A DNA stretch of 64,000 bases from NCBI GenBank assembly GCA_045159875.1, contig CP067995.1, positions 1 to 64,000 of the forward strand. The letters run 5' to 3'. The stretch is from a cyanobacterium endosymbiont of Rhopalodia gibba. GTDB taxonomy: Bacteria; Cyanobacteriota; Cyanobacteriia; Cyanobacteriales; Microcystaceae. The position numbers were made by a program, and so were the translations under genes. The notes beneath the pieces were generated by a model that made no database searches, was not told where the DNA came from, and saw only the letters and a list, made by a program, of their open reading frames with translations. This document shows, one piece after another, positions 26,166 through 36,324 of this stretch (position 1 is the first letter of the stretch; each line of letters opens with the position of its first letter).

Positions 26166-27419
26166 TTAAGGTTTAATACTTGGATCAGGTTGATACCATT
26201 TAAAATGTTGATAAACGGTGCGAGAGAAATCTTGAATGATCATTCTCCCCATGACATCATTGTAAGAACGTTCTGCAAAGACAGCCCCAATATAACGCTT
26301 ACCGGTAGGAATATCAATGATACCAGCATCTCCTAAAATCGTACCAATATCCCCTGTTTTATGAGAAATAATCGCATTCTGTTCCAGTCCTTGAGGTAAT
26401 AAGGTTTGAGTACGTGTTTTTTGCATAATTCCCAACAGACGATCACGTGATCGTACCGTCAATAAATCCCCCCGTTCAACGCGGGCTAATAATTCTACTA
26501 AATCTTTGGGACTGGTGGTGTTAGTCCCTTCTAAATCAGGTAAATGATTATTAATCTCTGTATTGGTTAATCCCCATTCCTTAAAACGTTTATTGAGAAC
26601 TTCTTTACCTCCCAGACGACGGACTAACATATCCGTAGCTGTATTATCGCTGATAACAATCATTTTTGTGGCAACTTCCAAGGCACTAAACTTAGTTCCA
26701 GGTTTCTGATACTGCATACTTCCTGACCCTCCAGTGATAATTTCCTTGTCCATGGTTAGCATTTCGTCTAGATGAATTCTTCCGGCATCTAACTCTTCGA
26801 AAAAAGCGACAAGAACAGGAATTTTAATGGTACTAGCAGCAGAGAGGGAAGTATCTCCATTAAAATTAACATAGTTACCGTTATCTAAATCGATAAACCA
26901 GCCTCGAGGTTGGACTTTAGCATATTTCTCTTGGCTGGCTACCTTTTCTAATTTAGTTTTGAGATGAGTTAATTCTTGCCCGGGGCGAATATTTGTTGTA
27001 TTGTCAATAGTCGCTGTAGGGATTTTTTCTTCAAATTGTACAGATTCTTCAGAAGCGGTCAGTTGGGGAGAATTAAAGTAGGTGGCAAATAAACTGGTCG
27101 GCTCAAATACGGTTAAAATTGTTCCTGTAATCGCACTTACTCCTACTCCCATAATACCTAAACGAAAAATATACAAAAACACGACGGTTATCGAATTGGA
27201 AGGAGAATTTTTAGCGCGCCGGTCAAGAAGCTTACTAGAAACCGTTAAGGTTGACACCTTTCGGCGAGGAAGTCGTTTGGTTGAACCCCCTACCTCAGAA
27301 ACACTGTTTATCTGTTGACGAGAAGAACTACTTTTGCCATTGGTCGAACGACCGTAAGAGTCGTTATTAATTGCACTACTTTTGAGATTATAGGAGGAAT
27401 TAATCATTCGACGGGGCAT
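26166..27419 (-). CDS. Class A beta-lactamase-like serine hydrolase (cyanobacterial PBP-A type), membrane-anchored
   Basis: SxxK (AASTIK), SDN (MIVISDNTAT), DLEGTNTTSP and HKTG motifs. Confidence 0.9.
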   Translation of the reverse strand: MPRRMINSSYNLKSSAINNDSYGRSTNGKSSSSRQQINSVSEVGGSTKRLPRRKVSTLTVSSKLLDRRAKNSPSNSITVVFLYIFRLGIMGVGVSAITGTILTVFEPTSLFATYFNSPQLTASEESVQFEEKIPTATIDNTTNIRPGQELTHLKTKLEKVASQEKYAKVQPRGWFIDLDNGNYVNFNGDTSLSAASTIKIPVLVAFFEELDAGRIHLDEMLTMDKEIITGGSGSMQYQKPGTKFSALEVATKMIVISDNTATDMLVRRLGGKEVLNKRFKEWGLTNTEINNHLPDLEGTNTTSPKDLVELLARVERGDLLTVRSRDRLLGIMQKTRTQTLLPQGLEQNAIISHKTGDIGTILGDAGIIDIPTGKRYIGAVFAERSYNDVMGRMIIQDFSRTVYQHFKWYQPDPSIKP

Positions 27420-27484
27420 AGTCTAAAAATCCTTGCAATTAAAATCGAAGAAGAGACAAGTTAAAATAATACTTGGGACGTCAG

Positions 27485-28267
27485 TCAGTGTAAATCTGAT
27501 CGAGACGATTGACTTTTATGACTGTGATTGTCGGGTAAATGTTGCCATATGGAATTAATCTGTCCAAGAATTCCTCTCAGTAAAGCTACTTCTTCAGCAC
27601 TTAAATTGGAGCGGTTATAAAGACAGCGGAGTTTTTCCATTTTAGCCTTAGCCGTATGGGGAAAAAGATAACCCATCTTTAATAAAACCGTTTCGAGATG
27701 TTGATAATAGCCTTCGAGTACATCAAAAGATGCCAGTTTTGTTAAAGAGTTTGAAGTAAATTTTAGGGAGATTTGGGAAGCTTGGTAGAGTTCATATGCG
27801 CAGATAGCAACGGACTGAGCAAGATTTAAAGATGGATAGGTTGGGCTAGCTGGAATACACAGGAAACGTTGGGCGTAATTGAGTTCTTCATTACTTAATC
27901 CCCGATCTTCTGGTCCAAAAATCAAGGCACTAGGGAGGTTAGAGTTTAATAACCAAGGGAGGACTTGACGGGGAGTTTCTAGAGGAATCGGAAGGCTACG
28001 AGGGCGGGTTGTAGTAGCTATCGTCTGCTGACATCCTTGCAATGCTTCAGGTAAACTGCCTACTTCTTGAACTTGTTCTAAAATGTTTAGAGCATGAACA
28101 GCCATTAATCGCGCTTCTTTCCCGAAAGGATCACATTGAGGACTAACTAAAATTAGCTGTTGTAACCCCATATTTTTCATGACTCGCGCCACTGCTCCCA
28201 CATTCAATGGGCCAGCAGGTTCAACTAAAATAATTCTGATTTGCGCTAAAGACATAATTGACGTCAC
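27485..28267 (-). CDS. trmJ: SPOUT RNA methyltransferase, TrmJ/TrmH family
   Basis: IILVEPAGPLNVGAVARVMKNMG, LIFGPEDRGLSNEEL, YPSLNLAQSV. Confidence 0.85.
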   Translation of the reverse strand: MTSIMSLAQIRIILVEPAGPLNVGAVARVMKNMGLQQLILVSPQCDPFGKEARLMAVHALNILEQVQEVGSLPEALQGCQQTIATTTRPRSLPIPLETPRQVLPWLLNSNLPSALIFGPEDRGLSNEELNYAQRFLCIPASPTYPSLNLAQSVAICAYELYQASQISLKFTSNSLTKLASFDVLEGYYQHLETVLLKMGYLFPHTAKAKMEKLRCLYNRSNLSAEEVALLRGILGQINSIWQHLPDNHSHKSQSSRSDLH

Positions 28268-28346
28268 CTTCTGAATTCACCAGGTACTCCTAGCATCATC
28301 CCATTTACATAGATTATAATGAAGGCGGTTTTAAAAAAGTCAACTG

Positions 28347-28553
28347 TTAGCGAGTTTGGCGAGATGCCAACTTTTCAATTGTTGCTTGGGTTTCTCGCAA
28401 TAGTTGGTAGTGAAGATCTTCAATTGGCGTTAAAGAGGGAACAAGATTACGAGAATGCAATGCCATGTATAGTTGCAGTTGCAGTTGAGCCACAGAATCC
28501 TGTATGTTTTCCTGCATGGCTTCTGTATTTGTCGAAGTCGTTTCCACTTTCAA
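28347..28553 (-). CDS. Small hypothetical protein (68 aa), likely co-transcribed with trmJ
   Basis: AGGAAGG RBS-like sequence upstream, protein-like helical composition, and same strand as the downstream genes. Confidence 0.55.
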   Translation of the reverse strand: MKVETTSTNTEAMQENIQDSVAQLQLQLYMALHSRNLVPSLTPIEDLHYQLLRETQATIEKLASRQTR

Positions 28554-28629
28554 TATACCTTCCTAAGATTACAGTATGTGATTTGCTTGATTGACCATCT
28601 TACGAAACTATCATGTTATTATGGATCCA

Positions 28630-29150
28630 ATGATAGATAATAACAAATTTTACATACTTCTAAACATACCGTAATATTGACCTTCAAAGAACTCAGGATT
28701 TTCATGAGTCTTAACTATCATAGGAACTAGCTTCATGCTTTTAAATGTTCCAACTATTTAGATGTAGATTGAGCTGTAGTAGAGCAACTTTTTTTAAAAT
28801 TGATATAAATATCGTCTTTGATACTCCTAATATTACCTGTCGTTTTATTTCACTGAACTTGTGGAGATTAATGTCAACCCCTTATAAAAAACTCAATTTA
28901 AGCAAAGTAGATAGCTCTGAGTAGACGTGCAAATTATTGTTACGAGGACGATTGTAAAAAAATATCGACTCTGATTTGATCCAAAACTACCTCTACTGTT
29001 GGTAATTAAATTTATGCTGTTATCGCTCATTTTCCAGGAAAGAGAACTTAGAAGAGAACCACTATTATTATTTCTCATTGTCTTTCAAAGACTCATTGTG
29101 TTCAATGTATTTATGTAGTGGAATACGGATTTTTTTTAAAAAAAACCATA
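28630..29150 (-). pseudogene. Decayed ORF immediately downstream of pabAB, with weak resemblance to LynF/TruF/PatF-family prenyltransferases
   Basis: Fragments LHKYIEHNESL, FFYNRPRNNNLH, GVDINLHKF, VILGV and KICYY occur in the order expected for that family. The similarity is by eye only. Confidence 0.25.
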
Positions 29151-29172
29151 GATAGTTACTAAAAAAAGGAAT

Positions 29173-31353
29173 TTATAAAAATTTATTGTTCAGAACATAT
29201 TCAACTGGCTCTTTAACTTTAACAGCCGGTTTAACTAATGGGGTGTCGACGATGTGATAGAGATTAGGATTGATCTCTCCATGGACTGTGAGTAAAATAG
29301 CCCGAATTAGGGCCTGTGCCTTGAGGAGTATTTCATCAAATTCCATTTGAGGATCCGACAGAGCAACAATTGCTCCTCCTACGCCGATAGTCGTTTCAAC
29401 TGGGGTCATTACAATTGTACGTATGACAATGTTCAAATCTGCCGTGCCATTTAGTCCTAGAAAACCAATTGCCCCTGAGTAAATACCCCTTGCTTCTCCT
29501 TCAAGTTTATCAATAATTTCCATGGTTCTCATTTTTGGAGCACCGGTCATTGAGCCACCAGGAAAAGCTACGCGGATACAATCAGTAGCTCTGAGATCTT
29601 GACGAAGGTAGCCGCAAACAGTACTGACTAATTGATGTACAGTGGCATAAGTTTCGACATCCATTAGTTTCGGGACATGAACGCTACCTATTTCACATAC
29701 GGGTCCTAGATCATTTCGTAGCAAGTCCACAATCATTAAGTTTTCAGCACGATCTTTTTCCCCATTTTTTAAACTTTCCCGTATTTCCTGATCTTCTTGA
29801 ATATTGACTCCCCTGGCTTTTGTTCCTTTAATTGGCTTAGATTCAACTTTATTATTACGATCAATTTTGAGGAAACGCTCTGGAGAGGAACTAAGAACAA
29901 CGAGATCTTTAAACCGGAAAAATGCTGAGTAAGGTGCTGGATTAATTTTACGTAATATTCGATAAAGTGTTAGAGGATCAGGTTGACTATCAGTAGAGAG
30001 CTTATTAGTTAAACAGACTTCATAGCTTTCTCCTTGAGAAATTTTATGGAGACAATCTTGGATATTGTCTAAGTAGGTTTGGTATGAGCGGCTAAAGTGA
30101 AAAGTGACTGGTTTGTCACTGTTTTTGATGGCAGGTGGTTCTAAAACCGGCAATGTGGACAGTTGTTGCTCTACAGTGTCGAACCAAGCTTCAGCCTCAC
30201 CTTTTTGCTCCTTTTTCGTTAGACACAACACATAAGTTGTCAGTTCTTGATGATCGAAGACAATTAATCGATCAGCTAAAATAAAGCTAGAATCAGGCAA
30301 TGATGAAGGGTTCTCTAATGTACTTCCACATTCGGCTTTGATTTCATAACCAAAGTAACCAGCAAAACCGCAATTAAAATCAAAAGGTAGACCATCACAG
30401 CGATAGTTAAGCAATTCAAGTTCTCGCTTGAGATAGTCTAATATGCCCTCTTTATACACACTCGATTTATTTCCTTGAGTAACAAATACTTCTCGAGTCT
30501 GAACATTATATTGAACTAATCGACTGTTGGGACCGCTAGCGTCTCCCATAAAAGAGAAACGTGAAAGACTTGGATCGGCTAGACTACTGTCGAGCCAGAA
30601 AGCAAGGGACTCGTCGCCAAATAGATGAACAAATACTTGTTCAGGCTCTCGATCAACATTGAGTTGACGACTATAAACTCGATAATCAAAATTATCGAAT
30701 TGATGGAGATGACCAGAGGGAACAATGGAAAATTTTTGATCTATCAGACTTTGTTTTCTATTTTTTTGGGGAGAACACTGCTTAGTAATATTTTTAAAGT
30801 TTTCTAACAAGATATATCCATACTCAGTACTAATAGACTCAGGATGGAACTGTACACCCCAAATTGGTCTTGATCGGTGGCGTAACCCCATGACAATCCC
30901 ATCTTCTGTCCAAGCAGTTGTTTCTAGACTCTCGGGTAATGCTGGGGAGACGACCAAAGAATGGTAACGAACAACACAGAAGTTTTGAGGAATCTCCGCA
31001 AATATTTCAGATTCGTTATGATAGACTCGACTTAGGCGTCCATGCATTGCTTCAGGAGCATATGTGACTTGGCCTCCAAAGACATAACCAATTCCCTGAT
31101 GACCTAAGCAGACACCCAGTAAGGGAACTTCTATTTTTTCAATAACTTGTTGACAAATTCCAAAATCTTTTGGGTTTTCTGGACGACCAGGTCCAGGAGA
31201 AATGACTACATTATCAAATGATAAAGCTTGTAGTTCAGAACAAGTTAATTGATCATTGTGTATAACAATTGGAGGTTCTCCATTCACCTGTGCAATCATT
31301 TGATAAAGATTGAAAGTGTAAGAATCGTAGTTATCGATTAGTATAGTTCTCAT
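29173..31353 (-). CDS. pabAB: Fused PabA-PabB aminodeoxychorismate synthase (GATase plus chorismate-binding domain)
   Basis: IDNYDSYT, ISPGPG, GVCLGHQ, RYHSL and GVQFHPES (GATase), then GESYEVCLT, SSSPERF, KPIKGT, KDRAENLMIVDLLRND and FPGGSMTGAPK. The PIKGT and SMTGAPK motifs favour PabB over TrpE. ATG at 31353. Confidence 0.9.
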   Translation of the reverse strand: MRTILIDNYDSYTFNLYQMIAQVNGEPPIVIHNDQLTCSELQALSFDNVVISPGPGRPENPKDFGICQQVIEKIEVPLLGVCLGHQGIGYVFGGQVTYAPEAMHGRLSRVYHNESEIFAEIPQNFCVVRYHSLVVSPALPESLETTAWTEDGIVMGLRHRSRPIWGVQFHPESISTEYGYILLENFKNITKQCSPQKNRKQSLIDQKFSIVPSGHLHQFDNFDYRVYSRQLNVDREPEQVFVHLFGDESLAFWLDSSLADPSLSRFSFMGDASGPNSRLVQYNVQTREVFVTQGNKSSVYKEGILDYLKRELELLNYRCDGLPFDFNCGFAGYFGYEIKAECGSTLENPSSLPDSSFILADRLIVFDHQELTTYVLCLTKKEQKGEAEAWFDTVEQQLSTLPVLEPPAIKNSDKPVTFHFSRSYQTYLDNIQDCLHKISQGESYEVCLTNKLSTDSQPDPLTLYRILRKINPAPYSAFFRFKDLVVLSSSPERFLKIDRNNKVESKPIKGTKARGVNIQEDQEIRESLKNGEKDRAENLMIVDLLRNDLGPVCEIGSVHVPKLMDVETYATVHQLVSTVCGYLRQDLRATDCIRVAFPGGSMTGAPKMRTMEIIDKLEGEARGIYSGAIGFLGLNGTADLNIVIRTIVMTPVETTIGVGGAIVALSDPQMEFDEILLKAQALIRAILLTVHGEINPNLYHIVDTPLVKPAVKVKEPVEYVLNNKFL

Positions 31354-31508
31354 AATCACTAATATCACAAAAATCTAGAGACAATTAATTTTGATGATGA
31401 ATTAAATTTCATCTAGCTCCAATATTTTTTGTCTAAATTGTTGTTTTTCTTAATCTACTTAGTTGTTCTGGTTTGTCAAACAAGAATTAAATCGTATTTA
31501 GTAATAAC

Positions 31509-31549
31509 ATACTACGATAATTTTAGTTTTTTAGAGTAGCATGCCATAC
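31509..31549 (-). promoter_or_regulatory. Candidate NtcA-type promoter (GTA-N8-TAC-N21-TAGTAT) upstream of pabAB
   Basis: The minus strand reads GTATGGCATGCTAC, then 21 nt, then TAGTAT. The motif is short and could occur by chance. Confidence 0.3.
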
Positions 31550-32033
31550 CTAAAATATAATTCATCTATCAAACTTAAAATAGTCAATATTATTAAAGGG
31601 TATAATTATTTCCTATTTTATAGGACTGAAGCAGTTATCGTCTACAAAAAAAACAATTATAATATTTTTTACTTATTAAGAATTAACTAAGACAACAACC
31701 CTAAAAGATGAATAAAATGGTAATTACTTTAGAATTTTTTCCTTTGATTTATAAATAATAGATTTTAAGATAGAAAGAAAAAATAAATTTAAATTTATTT
31801 AAATAATATACAATTTATTCATCCAGTTGTTAATCATCTTCATGGTAGATATATCACTGCGTTAAATAATTATATTCCAGCAGCGATATGTCCTATGTTA
31901 TAAAATTTTTGAACTGCTACTTGTCTTTTATTCTTTTGCATTAATGTAGTTTGTGAGATAAAAATTATAATTTTAGGGAGTAACAATAGACCATTACTCT
32001 TTCTAGAGAAAGAGCAGCAGGGAACTAAACTCA

Positions 32034-32087
32034 ATTAGATTAATGATTCAGAGAATATTAACACAATCTCTGAATCATTAATCTAAT
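32034..32087. repeat. Perfect inverted repeat (21-bp arms, 12-nt spacer) in the divergent pabAB/pspA intergenic region
   Basis: ATTAGATTAATGATTCAGAGA-atattaacacaa-TCTCTGAATCATTAATCTAAT. Confidence 0.95.
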
Positions 32088-32269
32088 CAGACAACTTTTC
32101 TTGAGTGATAGGTCAGGTAGACAAGCGTAGAAATAAATTCCACTGTTTTATTGTTTCATCAGTCAGGGAGTACAAGAATGCTCTGGCTATACCCAACTTC
32201 TCCGTCTCTCCTTCTCAAACCGAACTCAAGTTAACATGGATAGGTGGATTGAGGAAATTGAGGATAGTT

Positions 32270-33004
32270 ATGGAATGGTTAGAAAGAATTAGTCGAGTTG
32301 TGCGATCACAGATTAATAGCTTAATAAAAGAAGAAGAGGATCCCGAAAAAGTTTTAGAGACAGCGATTGTCCAAATAGAACAGGAATTGATCGCCATGCG
32401 ACGAGCATTAGCAGAAGCAATCGCCATTAACAAAAGTGCACAACGCCAGTTAGCTCACTACCAAAATGTGGCAGACAAATGGTATGAACGGGCAACAATG
32501 GCTATTGAGAAAGGAAATGAACCCCTAGCAAGGGAAGCACTCATTAACCGCCAATCTTACCAAACACAGGCTCAAGAAATAGAAAATCAACTAGAACAAC
32601 AAAACCAGGTAGTTGATAAGGTTAAGCAAGATTTACGAACTCTAGAACGGAAATATGTTGAAACTAAAGCAAAAAAAAGCATTAATGTAGCTAGACTGCG
32701 ATCAGCGATAGCTTCCCAAAAATTACAAGAAATTGTTGGAAATCCAAACTCAGGCAGTTCTACCAGTATTTTTGAACAGATAGAATCGAGGATTCTGGAA
32801 CTCGAAGCTGAGTCACAAATAACCCAAAGTCTGAGTACTGATCCCTTAGAAAAGCAATTCATGGCATTAGAAACGGATAAAATAATCGATACAGAAATTG
32901 TCAACCTCAAATCCAAAAAACTGACCTCACGCCAGTCTAACCAATCATCAGCAGCATCTCCCTCAGAAATAGATGGAATTAATGCTAAGCTCGATCAATT
33001 CTAA
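32270..33004 (+). CDS. pspA: PspA/IM30 family protein (PspA-like paralog upstream of vipp1)
   Basis: MEWLERISRVVRSQINSLI..EDPEKVLE, coiled coil, and FEQIESRILELEA. ATG at 32270 has a GAGGA RBS; the longer ORF-track start is unlikely. Confidence 0.85.
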   Translation: MEWLERISRVVRSQINSLIKEEEDPEKVLETAIVQIEQELIAMRRALAEAIAINKSAQRQLAHYQNVADKWYERATMAIEKGNEPLAREALINRQSYQTQAQEIENQLEQQNQVVDKVKQDLRTLERKYVETKAKKSINVARLRSAIASQKLQEIVGNPNSGSSTSIFEQIESRILELEAESQITQSLSTDPLEKQFMALETDKIIDTEIVNLKSKKLTSRQSNQSSAASPSEIDGINAKLDQF

Positions 33005-33208
33005 GACGTAATTTTTGAGAAACAGAGATAAATTTTGTTCAGGAGTATTTCAAAGTGGTTTTCTTTCTCCGACTCCCTCACTCTTCCTCCGTAACCATTC
33101 ATATGCCAAACTAGAAATGGACAAGCCATATTTCAGTGGCAGAAGAAAGCAATCTTAACTTTTAAATTTTACTTACCCTAGTACACGCACCGGAGGATAA
33201 ACAGCATC

Positions 33209-33976
33209 ATGGGATTATTCGATCGCCTAAGCCGAGTTGTCCGAGCCAACTTAAACGATCTCGTCAGCAAAGCAGAAGACCCGGAAAAAGTCTTAGAACA
33301 AACCATCAATGATATGGGAGAAGACCTGATACAAGTGCGCCAAGCTGTCGCCCATACTATTGCCGAACAAAAACGTACTGAGCAACGATATAATCAGGAT
33401 CTATCAGAAGCGAACAAATGGGAACAACGGGCCAAACTTGCCCTGTCTAAAGGGGATGAGAGTCTAGCTAGAGAAGCTCTAGTCCGTAAAAAAACTTATA
33501 CCGATACTTCCGTGAGTCTTAAACAACAGCTGGAACAACAAAATGCTCAAGTAAGTATCCTCAAGCGTAATTTAGTGGCTTTAGAAAGTAAAATTTCTGA
33601 AGCCAAAACTAAGAAAAATATGCTGATCGCTCGGTCTAAAGCTGCTAAAGCTAACGTAGAAATTCAACAAACTTTGAGTAGCGTTAATACTAGCGGTTCG
33701 ATGGCAGCCTTTGAGCGCATGGAATCCAAAGTATTGGATATGGAAGCTCGTTCCCAAGCCATTGGGGAGTTAGGCGATACTGGTATTGAAGAACAATTTG
33801 CTAAATTAGAGTCTGGAAGTGGTGTAGATGACGAATTAGCTATGCTCAAAGCTCAAATTAGTGGGATTCCTGAACCGCAAAAATTACCTGAAGCCTCTAA
33901 TACCAAATCATCTCGAAAAGATTCAGCGGTGGATGCAGAATTAGAAGACTTACGGAAACAATTGGATAATCTTTAA
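33209..33976 (+). CDS. vipp1: VIPP1/IM30 (ESCRT-III-like membrane remodelling protein)
   Basis: MGLFDRLSRVVRANLNDLVSKAEDPEKVLEQ, plus the C-terminal extension VDAELEDLRKQLDNL diagnostic of Vipp1. GGAGG RBS. Confidence 0.95.
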   Translation: MGLFDRLSRVVRANLNDLVSKAEDPEKVLEQTINDMGEDLIQVRQAVAHTIAEQKRTEQRYNQDLSEANKWEQRAKLALSKGDESLAREALVRKKTYTDTSVSLKQQLEQQNAQVSILKRNLVALESKISEAKTKKNMLIARSKAAKANVEIQQTLSSVNTSGSMAAFERMESKVLDMEARSQAIGELGDTGIEEQFAKLESGSGVDDELAMLKAQISGIPEPQKLPEASNTKSSRKDSAVDAELEDLRKQLDNL

Positions 33977-34020
33977 AGGAGAAATTCAAAATACGTCACG
34001 AAAAACCTTATTTCAATTTT

Positions 34021-34050
34021 TAGGGACGTATATTTATTACGTCCCCCTAA
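34021..34050. repeat. REP-like short palindrome (GGGACGTA...TACGTCCC) between vipp1 and trx
   Basis: TAGGGACGTATATTTATTACGTCCCCCTAA resembles cyanobacterial GTAG-type intergenic palindromes. Confidence 0.5.
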
Positions 34051-34176
34051 ACTTGCTAAATTTAGCTTGTTCTATTTCCGGATTTATCTGAACGAAAAAT
34101 AAGCATAATAACTGGCCAACCTGTAACCTAGATAACTGGTAACTCAATTATTAGATGGCCAATTAAAAAAACAATT

Positions 34177-34506
34177 ATGAATAGTGTCCTCGAAATTACT
34201 GATACCAAATTTGAAGAAGAAGTTTTTTACGCTAAGCAACCTGTTCTAGTTTATTTTTGGGCTTCTTGGTGTGGTCCATGTCAATTAGTTTCTCCCTCTA
34301 TTAGTGCGATCGCCAAAACTTATAGTGATCGCCTAAAAGTGGTTAAATTAGAAGTTGATTCTAACCCTAAAGCAACTGCTGAGTGTAAAGTAGAAGGGGT
34401 TCCAGCTTTGAGACTCTATAAAGACAAAGAACTTTTAGCTTCCCATGAAGGGGCTATCACCAAACAAAAACTTATTGAGGAAATTTTAGATCCTCATTTA
34501 AGTTAG
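34177..34506 (+). CDS. Thioredoxin
   Basis: VYFWASWCGPC active site, VEGVP cis-Pro motif. 109 aa. Confidence 0.95.
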   Translation: MNSVLEITDTKFEEEVFYAKQPVLVYFWASWCGPCQLVSPSISAIAKTYSDRLKVVKLEVDSNPKATAECKVEGVPALRLYKDKELLASHEGAITKQKLIEEILDPHLS

Positions 34507-34545
34507 ATAGTGAGCAGTTAATAATGAATAGTTAATGATTAACAA

Positions 34546-35630
34546 ATGTTTACTAAACTGTTTGAACAAGTCATTGAATAACTAAGGAATGTCTTTGCCA
34601 ATATGGATCAGGCGAAAGCCGAGGCAATATCGACAGGTAAAACTATCATAGATTTATTCTTGGGATCGTCTGATTTGCAAGCTCTAGATGCGGCAATTGC
34701 TGCTATCGAAAAATCTTTGCGCGACCCCACGACCCACAGCTACCTGTTGCGGCATGGAACAGGTCATTGGACTCTAACGCTCCTTAACCCTCAGAAAATA
34801 GCCTTATTGCCTAATCCTGGCTACCCTTTCTCCGCAGGGAGTGTCCATTTAACAGGGGGACAATTTTATACAATACCCTTGCCTTGTTGGCAAAAAACCA
34901 ATTTCTACCTACTTTAACAGATATTCTTACTTCTGTTTTAGCTAGAGCTCGTTTGATGGTGTTAAATTATCTCGATAATCCTACGACGGCAATGGCTTCT
35001 TTGTCCTTTTTTGAGAAAACAGTTAAATTTTGTCAGCAACATTATTTAGTTTTAGTTCATGATTTTCCTTACGCCGATATTGTGTTTGATGGGATAAAAT
35101 TACCACCTTCTATTTTAGAAGCAGATCCTAATAAATTTAGTTCAATTGAGTTTTTTACCTTTTCTAAGTCATCCAATATGGGTGGATTTCGAATTAGGTT
35201 TGCTATTGGTTTGCTATTGTCAATGCTGAACTTGTTGCAGCATTAAGAAAGATCAAAGCAATTATTGATATCAATACCGAGGAATTTTAAAAAGGGCAAT
35301 TGCCGCTCTAGAAGAACCTCAAGAAACCGTCAAACAAACTGTTGCTGAATTCCAAAAACGCCACGATGCTTTTATCAAAGCACTAAATAATATTAATTGG
35401 TTAGTTGAATCTCCTAAAGCAACCATGTATGTTTGGGCAAAATTACCAGAAGCATGGCAGAATAAATAAATTGAATTTTGTTAGCAGTTAGTATTAAAAA
35501 CGGGAGTTGCAGTTTCTCTGGGAGTAGGCTTTGGAAAACAGGGAGAAGGTTATGTTAAATTGGCTTTAGTTCATAATCGTGATGTGTTAGAAGTAGTAGT
35601 TGAGCAAATTGCTGAATTTTCAGGAAAGAC
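34546..35630 (+). pseudogene. Class I/II PLP aminotransferase pseudogene (LL-diaminopimelate-aminotransferase-like paralog)
   Basis: NVFANMDQAKA..IIDLFLGSSD, ALLPNPGYP, LNYLDNPTT, LVHDFPYAD, EFFTFSKSSNMGGFRI, SPKATMYVWAKLP and G.GFGKQGEGYV. Internal deletion, frameshifts and stops. Confidence 0.9.
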
Positions 35631-35730
35631 TTTTCAAGATTTATCTGAAAATATCTATGAAATACTACAAATTCAAGTAAAATCTAGGTAATTCAATCTT
35701 AAGTTTGAAAAAGATAGATTCAATAGATTC

Positions 35731-35783
35731 AGTTGCTTTTTTTCAAAGATATTCCTCATGAATACTTTTGAGAAAAAGCAACT
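35731..35783. repeat. Imperfect inverted repeat (24-bp arms) upstream of glnB
   Basis: AGTTGCTTTTTTTCAAAGATATTC ... GAATACTTTTGAGAAAAAGCAACT. Confidence 0.8.
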
Positions 35784-35911
35784 TACCACTACCTTTAACT
35801 TTTTTTTCAAGACTTCAGAGGCAGTAGCTTTTAGAAAAATTTTCAGATTCTAGATAACATAAGCGTAAGAACTGGCATTATAACTAAAAGCGAAGAGATA
35901 TCTTTTCATAA

Positions 35912-36262
<351 letters not shown>

Positions 36263-36324
36263 CTAAGATAGGGGATTACGGACCATCAGTCCTTCCCCAT
36301 CAGACAATGTGATGTTAGCGTTTT

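Noticed and set aside
28319..28594. 91-aa plus-strand ORF
   Set aside because: It is antisense to the better supported 68-aa minus-strand ORF, which has an RBS and operon context.
32105..32269. 55-aa N-terminal extension on PspA
   Set aside because: Family similarity begins at ATG 32270, which has its own RBS. The extension is a chance open frame.
34603..35246. Two ORFs as a split functional aminotransferase, or as evidence of lysine auxotrophy
   Set aside because: A large internal deletion and further stops downstream indicate a pseudogene. This looks like the paralog clustered with vipp1-trx, not necessarily the main dapL, so auxotrophy cannot be concluded.
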